Made by a program: the position numbers and the translations under genes. From assembly GCF_006345805.1 (NCBI RefSeq), contig NC_043010.1, forward strand, positions 37,262,001 through 37,326,000: a stretch of DNA of 64,000 nt, written 5' to 3'. Positions 12,804 to 25,671 of the stretch are shown here, in pieces (the first letter of the stretch is position 1; each line of letters starts with the position of its first letter). The notes beneath the pieces were generated by a model. That model did no database searches and was not told the DNA's origin. It worked only from the letters and a program-made list of their open reading frames with translations. The DNA comes from Octopus sinensis. Its lineage: Eukaryota.

Positions 12804-13409
12804 AAGCTGGCAAGCTTGAGGGCTGCACCAGGCCCCAGTTGTCTGTTTTGCCATGGTTTCTCCAGCCGGATGCCCTTCTTAATGCCAACCAATTTATAGA
12901 GTGTACTGGGTTATTTTTGTTATGTGGTGTCGGCATGAGTGCTGCCTATGTGGCGCTGACACATGCTTTTCACATGCTGTGGACACAGATGCTTTTTATT
13001 TGACACCAGCACAATCCTGCTATGATCTTGTTCCTACATATGAAACATCTGCCTATTATGATCATTATTCTTTTGACACATTTTTCAACAATTTTAACAA
13101 CACAGTATAAAGGCGAAGAGAAGTAGACCTATGTTTTCTAATCGATGATTGTATGAAGCTCTTTTTAGAGTTTATTCACTTCTTGGTGCAAAGATAAAAA
13201 TAAAATAGCTAACAACTCTCAGGGTAGAAGATTTGGCAAGTGTATAACAAAAGTGTCCTCTCCTATGACTGTGACATCAGTCCTGTGTATGTAGACTGTA
13301 TACTATCTCAAGGAAGCCATATTTTAGGACCAGCCAAAGCTTTGTGGATCAATTTGCCTGACAGAAAAAACTGAAAAGAAGCTCATTGTATGTATATGTA
13401 TCTATGTAT

Positions 13410-13797
<388 letters not shown>

Positions 13798-14739
13798 GTG
13801 TTTGTGTTGTGTTTGTCCCCCACCAATGCTTGACAACTGGTGCTGGTTTCTTTACACCCCTGTAAGTTAGTGGTTCAGCAAAAGAGATTGATAAAATGAG
13901 TACCAGACATATAAACAAGCCTTGAGGCTGATTTGTTTGACTAAAAACCCTTCAAATTGACACCCCAGCATGGCTGCAATCCAATGACTGAAACATGCAA
14001 AAGAGAAAACTAGGGGTGGGAGGAGGGGGTTGTTTTTCGATTTTTCATACAAAGTGCAGCGGTAATTTTTCCGTTTGATCTCCACTGCATCACAGAATCA
14101 AAAAGACCAAAAGCCACAGGTGCTCTAATGACGTTTGAATGGCAGAAGGGAATAAGGAGCAGTAGTGGGGTCATAGTGGGGTGATAGTTACAGAGTTGTG
14201 ATATGGCCTTGATATGGTTGTTATAGTTGCATCAGTGGTAGTGCCAGTTGTGGTTGTGGTACTTGTGTTAGTGGCTATGGTGATGGTGGTGGCGGTGGTG
14301 GTGTTTATTATGTCATAGTATGATTGTGATAGATGGTGATGGTGATGGAAATAACGATAATACTAGCCATGCAGTTGTGTTGTTGCTGTTTAGCACCAGG
14401 CTAGGCCTGATCAGTCAAACCTCTCTCTCTGCCAAACAAATTCCAGCCATGACCATCCTATCTTTTTTTTACTTTCCAGATATAATTGTATACCCATGAT
14501 AACATTATCCAATATGTCATTCATATTTCTGTTTAACACAATGGGTATGACTTAAACGATAAAAGAGATTTAGCTGCTGTTTGTAGCAAGTCAGGCAACT
14601 ATATAATGACACTCATTGGCAGCTGGATACACTTAATATTGGTGCTGTTTGTGGTGGTGAATCCTCAGATCAATGGTTCCCAAACTTTTCATTACCAAGG
14701 ACCCCTTTTAATATGCTTATCCTTATGTATGTGTGTATG

Positions 14740-14773
<34 letters not shown>

Positions 14774-14775
<2 letters not shown>

Positions 14776-15143
14776 CGCAGGAGTGACTGTGTGGTAAGTA
14801 GCTTGCTTACCAATCACATGGTTTCAGGTTCATTCCCACTGCGGGGCACTTTGGACAAGTGTCTTCTACTATAGCCTCGGGCCGACCAAAGTCTTGTGAG
14901 TGGATTTGGTAGACGGAAACTGAAAGAAGCCTATCGTATATATGTGTGTGTCTGTGTTTGTTCCCTAAACTTCACTTGACAACCGATGCTGGTGTGTTTA
15001 TGTCCCCGTAACTTAGCAGTTCGGCGAAAGAGACCGATAGAATAAGTACTAGGCTTCCAAAGAATAAGTACTGGGGTCAATTTGCTTGACTAAAAGGCAG
15101 TGCTCCAGAATGACTGAAACAAGTAAAAGAGAAAGAGTAAAGA
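14774..15143 (+). mobile_element. family A tRNA-derived SINE, full length
   Basis: Same head, body and (aaagagt)n-like tail as 9468-9870. Confidence 0.9.
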
Positions 15144-16042
15144 GTACATATATATAAATGCTTAGTTCACTAATATTGTTGAGGACAGTGATGGAAAGAA
15201 AGTTCTTATTTCTTCTTACAGACTCAACTCCAAATCCTGGTTTTGTTTTGTTTCCATCTCTACCACCTCTGCAGCTTTTAGTGTCTTGTTTTAATTGTAA
15301 CACTGCACCGCCCTTGCCCTCCCACACACACACACTCTAACTCATAATTACGTGTCCCACAAGTAGGTTACATTTGAACACCATTATAATGTGATCTCCA
15401 CCCTGCTTATGTAAAACTGGTTTACACACACATACACACATATATCATTTATCTTTTACTTTTTTCAGTCATTAGATTGTGGCCATGCTGGGGCATCACC
15501 TTGAAGAATTATTAATCAGAAGAATCAACCCCAGCCCTTATTTTTTCTTTAAACCTGGTACTTCTTCTGTCGGACTATATTGCCAAACCACTAAGTTTTG
15601 GGGATAGAAACACACACACACACATGGAAAACATGTTAAAGGATGATGATGACGATGTGTGTGTATGTGTTTACACTCGCAAGGCTATAGTAGAAGGCAC
15701 TTGCCCAAGGTGCCATGCAGTGGGACTGAACACAAACCTGCATGGTTGCAAAACAGGCTTCTTAACCACATAGCTATGCTTGTTCCTAGGTAGAAAAAAA
15801 GTTAAGCTGGTCATAGCTGGAATGTCTCTGATGTAGGTGTGATTGATCAACGGCTGACTGAACGTAGGCCATGGTAGTGCTCCAGCATGGACCAGAAGCC
15901 AGTAAAAGAATATTCGTGTGCGTAGGCATTGGGAAGTACAACGATGCTTTGCTGTGATTAGTAGTGTTATCTGCATGGCACCTTGGGTAAGTGACTTCTG
16001 CTGTAGCTCCAATAGCCTCAGGCTGACCAATGTCTTGTGTGT

Positions 16043-16252
16043 GGAGAGCTAGCAGAAACATTAGCATGTTGGCTGAAATGCTTCGCGATATTTCATCGGT
16101 CTTTACATTCTGAGTTCAAATTCTGCTGAAGTCGACTTTGCCTTTCATCTTTTCGGGGTCAGTAAATGAAGTACCAGTTGCATACTGAGGTCGATCTTAT
16201 CGACTGGCCCTCTTCCCCAAAATTTCGGACCTTGTGCCTAGAGTAGAAAAGA
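16043..16252 (+). mobile_element. family B SINE (variant tail) inserted into a family A SINE, ~17-bp TSD
   Basis: Flanked by direct repeat aatgtcttgtgtgtgga. Confidence 0.85.
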
Positions 16253-17062
16253 ATGTCTTGTGTGTGGATTTGATAGATGGAAACTCTGTAGAAGCCCAAT
16301 GTGTGTGTGTGTACTTTTCTAGTTGTGTTTGTTCCCTGCCACTCCTTGACAGCCAGTATAGGTTTGTTTATGTCTCTATAACTTAGCAGTTCAGCAAGAG
16401 ATCCTGATAGAATAAGCTTGCATGCTTTAAGAAAAAATTTTTTAAATCACTACTGGGGTCCATTTGTTAGATGAACTCCTTCAAGACAGAGCCTTAGCAT
16501 GACCACAGTCCAATGATTGAAACAAGTTAGAGAGAAAAGCATTCAGTGTACACTGTAAAGTGGTTGGTGTTTCGAAGGACATCCAGCTGTAAAAGCCATG
16601 CCAAAACTGACCTCACCGGTGCTGGTGCCAAAGCCATGCCTAAAACAGAAACAGAAGTCTGGTGCAATCTTCTGCCTGGCCAGGTCCTGTCAAACCGTCC
16701 AACCCATGCCAGCATGGAATGCAGATATTAAACTATGATCATCATCATCATCATTCATTTAGCGTCCGTTTTCCATGCTAGCATGGGTTGGACGGTTCAA
16801 CTGGGGTCTGGGGAGCCCGAAGGCTGATTATATATAAATATATATATACAAAATTTAGAGGACTGATCAATAAAAGTGGACAGCCTATATGCTAAACATA
16901 GCCGTCAAATTGCCATTACCACGAAGAATGTGTTCTCAAGAAAAATCTCAGCAAAAGATCAAAATGTAAAAATAAGCAAGACAAATGAAAATATACGAAA
17001 TAAAAAACGATTGACTGCTGTAGTTTATATATATATATATATACACACACATACACACACAC

Positions 17063-17335
17063 TTTATTTGTGTATTAAGGTTACCATTAGTTTCATGTTA
17101 AGAAAATATCTGAACAATTTTTCAAGCCAGTCACATGGAGGAATGGTGTTCATCTCCATTTTGAATTAAACACCAAAATGGAGATAAACACCATTCCCCC
17201 ATGTAATCAGCTTGAAAAACTATTAAGATATGGAGACGAAAACCACTCCTCTATGTGATCAGCTTGAAAAATTGTTGAGATATTAAGATGTTTTTCTTGG
17301 CATGAAACCATTGGTAGCCTTAATACACAAATAAA
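17063..17335. repeat. imperfect fold-back (inverted repeat) with partial duplication of the right arm
   Basis: tttatttgtgtattaaggttaccattagtttcatgttaagaaaat pairs with tttttcttggcatgaaaccattggtagccttaatacacaaataaa; inner arms ggaatggtgttcatctccatttt / aaaatggagataaacaccattcc. Confidence 0.85.
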
Positions 17336-17391
17336 AAAAATTTTATCCACCAATGTGGTGTTGAGCACTCTTTCTCATTCTTTGACATTTA

Positions 17392-17422
<31 letters not shown>

Positions 17423-17772
17423 CATGCATACACTCACACATCCACATAAGAATACAAGCACATATACACACAATGTCCCTGGTATTAAATTATTGTCTCC
17501 CTCACCCTCACCCACCCCATCCAAGGAGATTTGTGCTTTGGCAGCTTGTGTTAGTTTGGATGTCTGTAACACAACCCTTTGGCTTCCTCCTCCTCCTCCT
17601 TTTTCCTTCTCTTCTCTTCTTTGTTCTCTCTCTTTTTCTCTCTCTCCTTCTCTCATACTTCCAGTTTTCACTCTTGTATAGCTTTTCCTTGCTTTGTCTT
17701 CCCTCTTCTTTTTTTTTTTCTTGTTAACATGATCCCTCTTTCTCCTTCCCTTCATCTCTCTCTTTCTCCCCC

Positions 17773-17806
<34 letters not shown>

Positions 17807-17994
17807 TAAAGCAAGAGAGAGAGGGAGAGAGAAAAATGAATCCCTTTTAGTCTTTCTCTCTCACTATCTCTGGTTTCTATATTGTGTGTGTGTGTGTGTG
17901 TGTGTGTCCATCCATCCCCATATGTGTATGTATCTCTCTCCCTCACTATTGTCGTCTATACATCTCTCTCTCTCTCATTTATCATACTTCTCAC

Positions 17995-18152
17995 CTATCT
18001 ATCTATGCATCTATCTATCTATCTCTATTTATTTATCTATCTATCTATCTATCTATCTATCTCTATCTATCTATCTATCTATCTATCTCTATCTATCTAT
18101 CTCTATCTATCTATCTCTCTCTATCTATCTCTCTCTCTCTCTCTCTATCTAT

Positions 18153-18186
<34 letters not shown>

Positions 18187-18190
18187 CACT
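17995..18190. repeat. (TATC)n/(TC)n microsatellite
   Basis: Directly visible. Confidence 0.95.
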
Positions 18191-18339
18191 TAGTATTATG
18201 ACCCTTCCACTGAAATCTTTCTACTCTCACTCTTTCTCTGCTTCCACCCCCCCATACCTCCATCTTGGTATCCTCATTTCAACTTACCTCAACACTACCT
18301 CCAGCAGCACAACTATTATTATTATTATTATTAATATTA

Positions 18340-18378
<39 letters not shown>

Positions 18379-19636
18379 GACTGCAACTACTCCCACTGGC
18401 TAGTGTTTCTAATCTCTCTCTCTGTTTCCTCTCCATCTTTTATTTCCCTCTCTGTAATTCTCCTTTCTTGCATCCCCACCCCCAACTATCTGCCTTTCCT
18501 TTCTATCCCCACCCTATGGCTAGCTCTCTGCCCCCCCCCCGCCACCACCACCACACTTGATTCTCCTCTGGCCCTCTCCTCCAACCTACCCCTACCAGCC
18601 TCCTATGTTAGTACCCCTACCTCCTCTAACTACCACCATACCTATCCCCCATGAACTCCACTACCATCTCCCTCCCTTATGTATACACACACATACACAC
18701 ACATATATATATATATATATATGATCCCTCCCACCACAATGCTAGTGGTACTACCACCATGACCACCACCTCCACTATAACTACTAATAAAACAACCATC
18801 ACTACCACAGCTGTTACCTCTACCACACACACCTTTACCATCCCTCTTCCACCCACACACACTCTCCTATCCTGTGCTACTATCACTACAGTGCCACTGC
18901 TTCCTTCTTCATCACTACCACTCCAACATCCAACACCACTCCAATGTTCTCTCTGCCGCCGCCGCCACCACCACAACTATAACCATTCCCATCTCCCTTT
19001 CTACTATTTCCCCCCATCACTCCTACTATCGCCACTACTGCCATCTCCACCACCACTACTAATACTACTTCCACTTCTACAGTTACCATCATCATCACTA
19101 CCACCACCACTACCTCTTCTACTACTATTACTATAATATCTACTTCTGGTCCTCCATCAATCCACCACCAGGAACCAAGGTAGGGGACTTGACCTGCTAG
19201 AAATAATAGCAGTCATATTTTTACCCTCATCACTCAGATAGATGAAATGTAAAAGGAAAGAAGAACAATCTAATCCTTGATATTCGAAACAGAAGGGCTG
19301 GCCATGGCTGGAAAGCTTTTCGTTATATATATATATAGATAAATAGATAGAAAGATAGATAGGTTTCTTAAATAACAACAATCAGCACCAACACCACCAC
19401 CACTGCCATCAGTACTATCACCACTGCCGCCAATACCACCTCCACTACCAGCAGTACTATTATCACCACCACCACCACCACCACTGCTGCTACCGCCGCC
19501 ACCGCCTGCACCCTTACAACAGTCACTTTATTCCAATTCTGTCTTTTCACTTCCAGAGAATAATCTCCATATTAAAACTATTGATTTCTATTAAACCCAT
19601 TTTTCTTTTACTAATGCTTGACTGTTTCCATTGTTG

Positions 19637-19670
<34 letters not shown>

Positions 19671-19820
19671 TCTTCTTCTCTTTCTTGACCTCCTTCCTAT
19701 ACCAAGCTTCCATCACCCATTCACCACCATCACCACTGCCACCGCTGCCGCCATGGGCACTGCTGTCTCTGCCTCTCCCCCCCCCTCGCCACAACCATGC
19801 CTCCCTACTTCCTATTCACC

Positions 19821-19851
<31 letters not shown>

Positions 19852-20444
19852 TCATTTACCTCCCACCGCTACTAAAATCACTACTACTACTTCTTACTAA
19901 CATCCCTACCAACCTCCCAACCTTCCTCCCCTTACTGCTTATTGCAACCACCACCACCACCACCACCACCACTATCTCCCTCTTTTACCACTGATCTTTA
20001 GTAATATATCTATTATCTGTTTCTTTCTCAGACTACCTACTATAAAAACACTATCTCTCACTACCACCACCACCACTTCTTCTTACAAAGCCACTACTTC
20101 CACTCTCAGCTATACAAACAGCAACTAAGCCAAAGAGGGGAATCTCTGAAGTCATGGTTTGACCTGCTGCTATGCAAAATAGCAGTAAAAAAAAAAAAAA
20201 TCACCCCTCATCACATCCCTTGCAGTCTTTTACAAAAGTGCTACAAAAGAACACTTTGGATATTATCATTATACATTATTATTATGTATCCAAGCAGCAT
20301 AAACCAAAGAAGGCTGAATGCTCATGGATCAGAATATGCCTATAATCAATCCGGAGAGGTCCTGTTGGATCAGAGATGACCTGAGGTGCTGCCCCCCCCA
20401 CCACCACCACACTACCACCATTACTAATAACAACATTTATTTAA

Positions 20445-21468
20445 CCCTTTCAGCTTTTAGATTATTCTGTCCAATTCACAGCTTATTTATTCACGTGGTT
20501 TCAAATTAATCATGCATCATTTATTATCTTATATATTTAGCCTTGAGGTGTTTAATGATGTGGATTCTTTTTACTTGTTTCGGTCATTTGAGTGCGGTCA
20601 TGCTGGGGCACCCCGCCTTGAAGAATTTTTAGTCGAAAGAGTCGACCCCCCCCCCCCCCGCCTGATACTTATTCTGTTGGTGTCTTTGGCTGAACCGCTA
20701 AGTTACAGGGATGCAAACACACCAACACCAGTTGTCAAGTGATGGTGGAGAACAAACACAGACACAAAGACACATGCACGTAGATACACACACACACACA
20801 CAAGAATTTTTTGCGTAATGAGCTAAAAAAACCAAGGCTGTGTAGATATTAGAACACATATAGATAGAAGGTCTTACAGCTGTTTCCAGGATATTTATTA
20901 ATTATATCCCTTCATCAGAGACGGTGTGAGAGGATGGTTAAGAAGCCTGTTGTATATATATATATATATATATAGGTTAAGAAGCCTGTTGTATGTATAT
21001 ATATATATATATATATACACACGCACAACAAGCTTCTTTCAGTTTCTGTCTACCAAATCCACTCACAAAGCCTTGGTCAGCCCAAGATTATATAATAGAA
21101 GACACTTGCCCAAGGTGCCAATGCCATGCAGTGGGACTGAACTCAGAATTATGTGTCTAGAAAGCAAGCATCTTACCACCAACATTGTAAGGTGGGTGTG
21201 AGAGGCCAAATCTGACTGGTTTGAAGTTAAAACTGGTTGAATATTTTGGGCAAAATATGGCCATCAAACAGATTATTCTGTCAGATGTAACACTTAATTT
21301 TTTCACATTGTCTTGAATTAATCCTGCATTATCTGATAGCTTTGGGATTTCAATGGTGTGATTGATTATGTTTTGAATGACATTGTCAGGTAGGTGTGAG
21401 AGGCCAGGTCTGGTCAGTTTGAACATAAAACAGGTCGAAAATTCGGGGCTGGTTTAAATGCTAAAGGG
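20445..21468 (+). mobile_element. piggyBac-type MITE (two internal units) interrupted by a family A SINE (~20565-21180)
   Basis: Begins TTAA|CCCTTT and ends AAAGGG|TTAA; body shared with ~23349-23680, ~39815-40019 and ~62899-63115. Confidence 0.7.
20871..20922 (-). ncRNA. type I hammerhead ribozyme motif, intact core (Penelope-like terminal repeat)
   Basis: Minus strand: GTCT-CTGATGA-agggatat aattaataa atatcctg-GAAAC-AGCT-GTA-AGAC. Stem I is GTCT/AGAC, stem II is ggatat/atatcc, stem III is the palindrome ACAGCTGT, and the cleavage triplet is GUA. Confidence 0.85.
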
Positions 21469-21506
21469 TTAATTTATTCATTCCAATCTGGATGGAACTG
21501 TGTTAA

Positions 21507-21714
21507 CCCTTTTGATACCAACACGCCTGAAACCGCCTCTGGTTCTGTAATACAAATTTCTTGTTTTGAAAAGTTCTGAATTAAAACTTTCTGCCAAACA
21601 TTAGTCCCAATTTATGTTCCTAACACTAGCTTAATGATAACTAAGTTATTTTACTAAATTCTTTGTTATATTTAAAATTAATTGAAAAAAACAGAGAGCA
21701 TCTCAACAAAAGGG
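21507..21714. mobile_element. piggyBac-type MITE, 208 bp, TTAA TSD
   Basis: TTAA|CCCTTTTG ... CAAAAGGG|TTAA; related copies at ~8454-8660 and ~47760-48443. Confidence 0.85.
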
Positions 21715-21869
21715 TTAACAGGTAGGAGCATCATCACTTTGCTTGGTGTTGGGGCTCTTCTGTCAATGTACATTTCAGTCTGGCACTAACCCTACATTTC
21801 AGTCTGACACTAACAAGGAAACTCTGAGCACTGCCTGCTAATTAAAATAATTGACTCTTCTGTGAGTTT

Positions 21870-22390
21870 CAATGATGAGTATTTTAAATGTCCTCGACCC
21901 TCCCAGACAGCAAAAGGAATACTTTTCATTAATGTTTTAGCAAAGTAGAATCAGTCATTTTGTGTGTGTGTGGAGCCTGGAGGAAGGGCCGTAGCCCGTG
22001 ACCCTTGAAGGTCCTCCCAAAACAGCTGAGATTGATACTGCTAATGTTCTGTTTGAATTGTTGTAGGCCAATATCTACTGAAAAAGACATGAAGAGAGAG
22101 GAGATACAAGGGAGCCTCATATTCTGAGGATGATGGATTGGACGTAATGATCAATATGGGGAAAGTAGGATTAGATGCACCAAGGGTGCCAAAAGGTGGA
22201 GAGACGAGCTGGATGGAGGAGCAGAGGCAATTATAGTAATGATGGAAAAGAGAGAGGAGATAGTATGCCTATGGGCTAGAGAGGCTGGAGCGTATCTGTT
22301 ACTGATGGAGCGCCAATCAGTCAGGTGGGCCTCAGGCCATAGATAGCAATAGAAACGACAGATAGAGGAGGTAGCACACATGTGGACTAG
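21870..22390 (-). mobile_element. decayed LINE ORF2 C-terminus and 3' UTR (CR1/Jockey group)
   Basis: Minus-strand fragments ASLAHRHTISSLF and DIGLQQFKQNISSINL resemble the L..RR....L.LFY and ...LQ.FK..IN LINE C-terminal motifs; frameshifted. Confidence 0.55.
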
Positions 22391-22462
22391 AGGCTGAATT
22401 ATGTCCGTTATTGGTGGAGTGTCAATTAGCCAAGTATTTGTGTTAAGGTAATACTAAAGCAG

Positions 22463-22817
22463 AACAAGAGCACTCACCTCTGCCAAGGCAACACCACTAT
22501 CCTCTCAATGATTAGCCAGAGATGATTATTAAAATGAGAATATCTGAAATAAACTCAACTGCTCTCACATGTGAGAATACTAAAAGTGAACCTGACCACT
22601 CTCAAAAATTAAGTAAAAAACCAGGAAAGATTATCCAGAATCCTTGTCCAGCACTGGATTGATCCCAAAATCTAATCAGTTCATGCTAATCACAAGGCCA
22701 AACATCTCTGGAAGTTTCATCTGAATTCATCCAGCGGTTCTTGAGATATCTTGTCCACAGACAAACCAACAAAAACAACTGAAAGCTATACCTCTGCCTT
22801 CCCTAAGGTGGAGGTAA
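22463..22817. mobile_element. non-autonomous Helentron/HINE-like element
   Basis: Starts aacaagagcactc..acctctgccaagg and ends in hairpin acctctgcctt-ccct-aaggtggaggt-aa; second copy at 37904-38247. Confidence 0.6.
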
Positions 22818-23762
22818 TAAGTACGACACATGGTTGACTCTTTGAATTGCAATTACACAAATCCATTTAGTGATGATGATGAAGAAGAAGAAGAAGAAGA
22901 AGAAGAATGCAAGGAGGAGACAGAAATGAAAGGATGTGCAATGATATATTTGTAAGATATTGTGTAATATACACAGATCCCAGGGACAGAGGGAAAAAAA
23001 ATCAAAAGTGAATCATTACCAAAAGTTGCTGACTCTTAATCTGTGCACTTGTTGAACCCCCTACTAGAAATAGCAACCATATATTTCTCAAATCACATCT
23101 TACAACCATAGATATATATCCTATTAAACTGTGTCAGAAAACAAAATAATGAGTTGGTCATGACTGGAATGCTTTTCCTCATAGATATATGTTCAATTAT
23201 CACTGACCTCGATTCAACACAATCTATCAATAGCATAACTATTAGACCCACTGTGTCACAAGCACCACTGTGCCACAAGCATCACTGTGTCACAACCACC
23301 ACCAAGAAAAGAAACTTCAGTAGGGCAACCTCTGTGTAGAGACTGCAACCTTTAGCATCTAAATTGTCTGTGTCCAGCCCAAATATTCAACATGTTTTAT
23401 GTTGAGACTAGCCAGATCTGGCCTCTCACACCTACCCTACAATGTCATTCTAAAACTAAACAATCACATCATCGAAATTTTTGAAGCTACAAGATAATGC
23501 ATGATTAATTCAAAACAATCTTGTAACTTTCATCCCTTATTTGTTTCAGCCATTAGACCACAGTCCTGCTGGGGCATCGCTTTTAAGGGTTTTTAGTTAA
23601 ACGAAATGACCCCAGTACTTATTTTTTCAACCCTTGTAAGTATTCTATTTGACAGAGTAATCTGAATGCTAATAAGCAAGTCGTTATGAAACGGCAGCCA
23701 AATTAAGATGCTGTGTGTGAATCACCTTAAAAACAAAGGACATGTTGGATGTTGCCCTAAAG

Positions 23763-23941
23763 CAGTGCTTTTCAAACTTTTTGCTGGGGCGGAACCCCAA
23801 GGAAGCATTCCACTGGCTCGGGGAACCCCTGTGCAATAATTTAATAGTCTTATGCACACATATCTGCACAGGAAAATTTAAAATTACTGCCGATTTTAGC
23901 AGTTTTGTAACTTCTTGCGGAACCCTAGTTGAAAACCACTG
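23763..23941. mobile_element. hAT (Charlie-type) MITE with 8-bp TSD
   Basis: TIRs CAGTGCTTTTCAAAC / GTTGAAAACCACTG; TSD ccctaaag (23755-62) / ccctagag (23942-49). Confidence 0.85.
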
Positions 23942-24893
23942 CCCTAGAGAAATATATACAAAAAAAAAACCTATGGAGTGGTCACTGCTGGAGAGAGACA
24001 CTGTTATCATAGGTCTATTAGGACGAAGCTGACCTAGGGTTAAACAACAACAGCAAGCACCAAGATGTTTGCAGTGGCAGGAAGATAATTCAAGTCTTTA
24101 AATTTAGAAGGAATATCAGAAGAGACAGGGTAAAAAGTATGATCAACAAGAAAAACAAGAAAGATGATGATGATGATGATGATGATGACGGTGGTGATGA
24201 TGATGATGGTGATGATGATGACTACACCAACAGATACTCCTTGACAATGACACAGATGACAAGAACAGATTGTGACAGTTAAGACTGTGACGAGAGGTGT
24301 GTGCAGGGTGGAGGGGGGACTTGCAGTGCTACCCCCTCCCCCAGTAGATTTTTGTGTGGATGTGACTGTTCATGTGGCAATATGTTTGCACATGTATGTT
24401 TGTTTATGTGTGTGTATATGTGCCTGTTCACATGTCCCTGTCCATGTGGGAATACACTCATGTATATGTGTGTGCACCTGGTAATAAGACTGTGTGTAAA
24501 ATAAATAGCAGCTTGTATGTGTGTGTGTGTGTGTATATGCATTTATATGTCTGTATTCATGTAGTAATGTGTGTGTTGATTTATATGGTAATGTGTATGC
24601 GTGTTTGTATGTCTGTATTCATGTCGTCATGTATGTGTGCGTCCACCTGTGTAGTTGTATATGTGGTAGTTGGTGTGAAGATGTATGTGTAAGAGAAAAA
24701 AAACAGACGCATGATGTGATGTGTGTGTGGTTCTGTGTGTGTTCATGTGAATAATAGACAGTATGCATATGTGTTTGACTGTTAAGACCATGTGCATATA
24801 TTGCATGAATATGACAGTGTACTTGTTTGACAGCAAAAGCATTCACATGTGCATATAATGATTTAGACATGTGTTTGGCAGAACACACACGTG

Positions 24894-24942
<49 letters not shown>

Positions 24943-24945
<3 letters not shown>

Positions 24946-25340
24946 CTCTTTTACTCTTTTACTTGTTTCAGTCATTTGACTGCGGCCATGCTGGAGCACC
25001 GCCTTTAGTCGAGCAAATCGACCCCGGGACTTATTCTTTGTAAGCCCAGTACTTATTCTATCGGCCTCTTTTGCCGAACCGCTAAGTGACGGGGACATAA
25101 CCACACCAGCATCGGTTGTCAAGCAATGCTAGGGGGACAAACACTCACACACACTTATATATATATATATACATATATACAACAGGCTTCTTTCAGTTTC
25201 CGTCTACCAAATCCACTCAAGGCATTATTCGGCCCGAGGCTATAGCAGAAGACACTTGCCCAAGATGCCACGCAATGGGACTGAACCCGGAACCATATGG
25301 TTGGTTAGCAAGCTACTTACCACACAGCCACTCCTGCGCC
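24943..25340 (-). mobile_element. family A tRNA-derived SINE, full length, CpG-rich (young)
   Basis: (tactctt)n tail through cacacagccactcctgcgcc head. Confidence 0.9.
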
Positions 25341-25572
25341 TATATATAAATATACAAATATATAAATATAAATATACATATACATATATATATATACATA
25401 TATATAGATTAATCAGCCGAAATTGCTAAGATGATCTGGTTCTTGACTGATGACTGAGGGCTTCGAATGTCCCGTCCTGTGGTTCTTGTGTCGTCTCTGT
25501 GGTGTTTCATGTTCTTGTCCATGTCTGTATTTAATTTTACTGTTTACCTATATATATATATATATATATATT

Positions 25573-25617
<45 letters not shown>

Positions 25618-25634
25618 ATATATTATATATTATA

Positions 25635-25671
<37 letters not shown>

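Noticed and set aside
12960-13300. Possible minus-strand LINE C-terminal remnant
   Set aside because: Too degenerate to support a family assignment by eye.
25410-25480. CTGATGA followed by GAAT-GTC as a possible hammerhead (also ctgaaga at 31442 and tcatcag at 30910)
   Set aside because: No stem II pairing or no matching GAAAC/GUH half; insufficient for a call.
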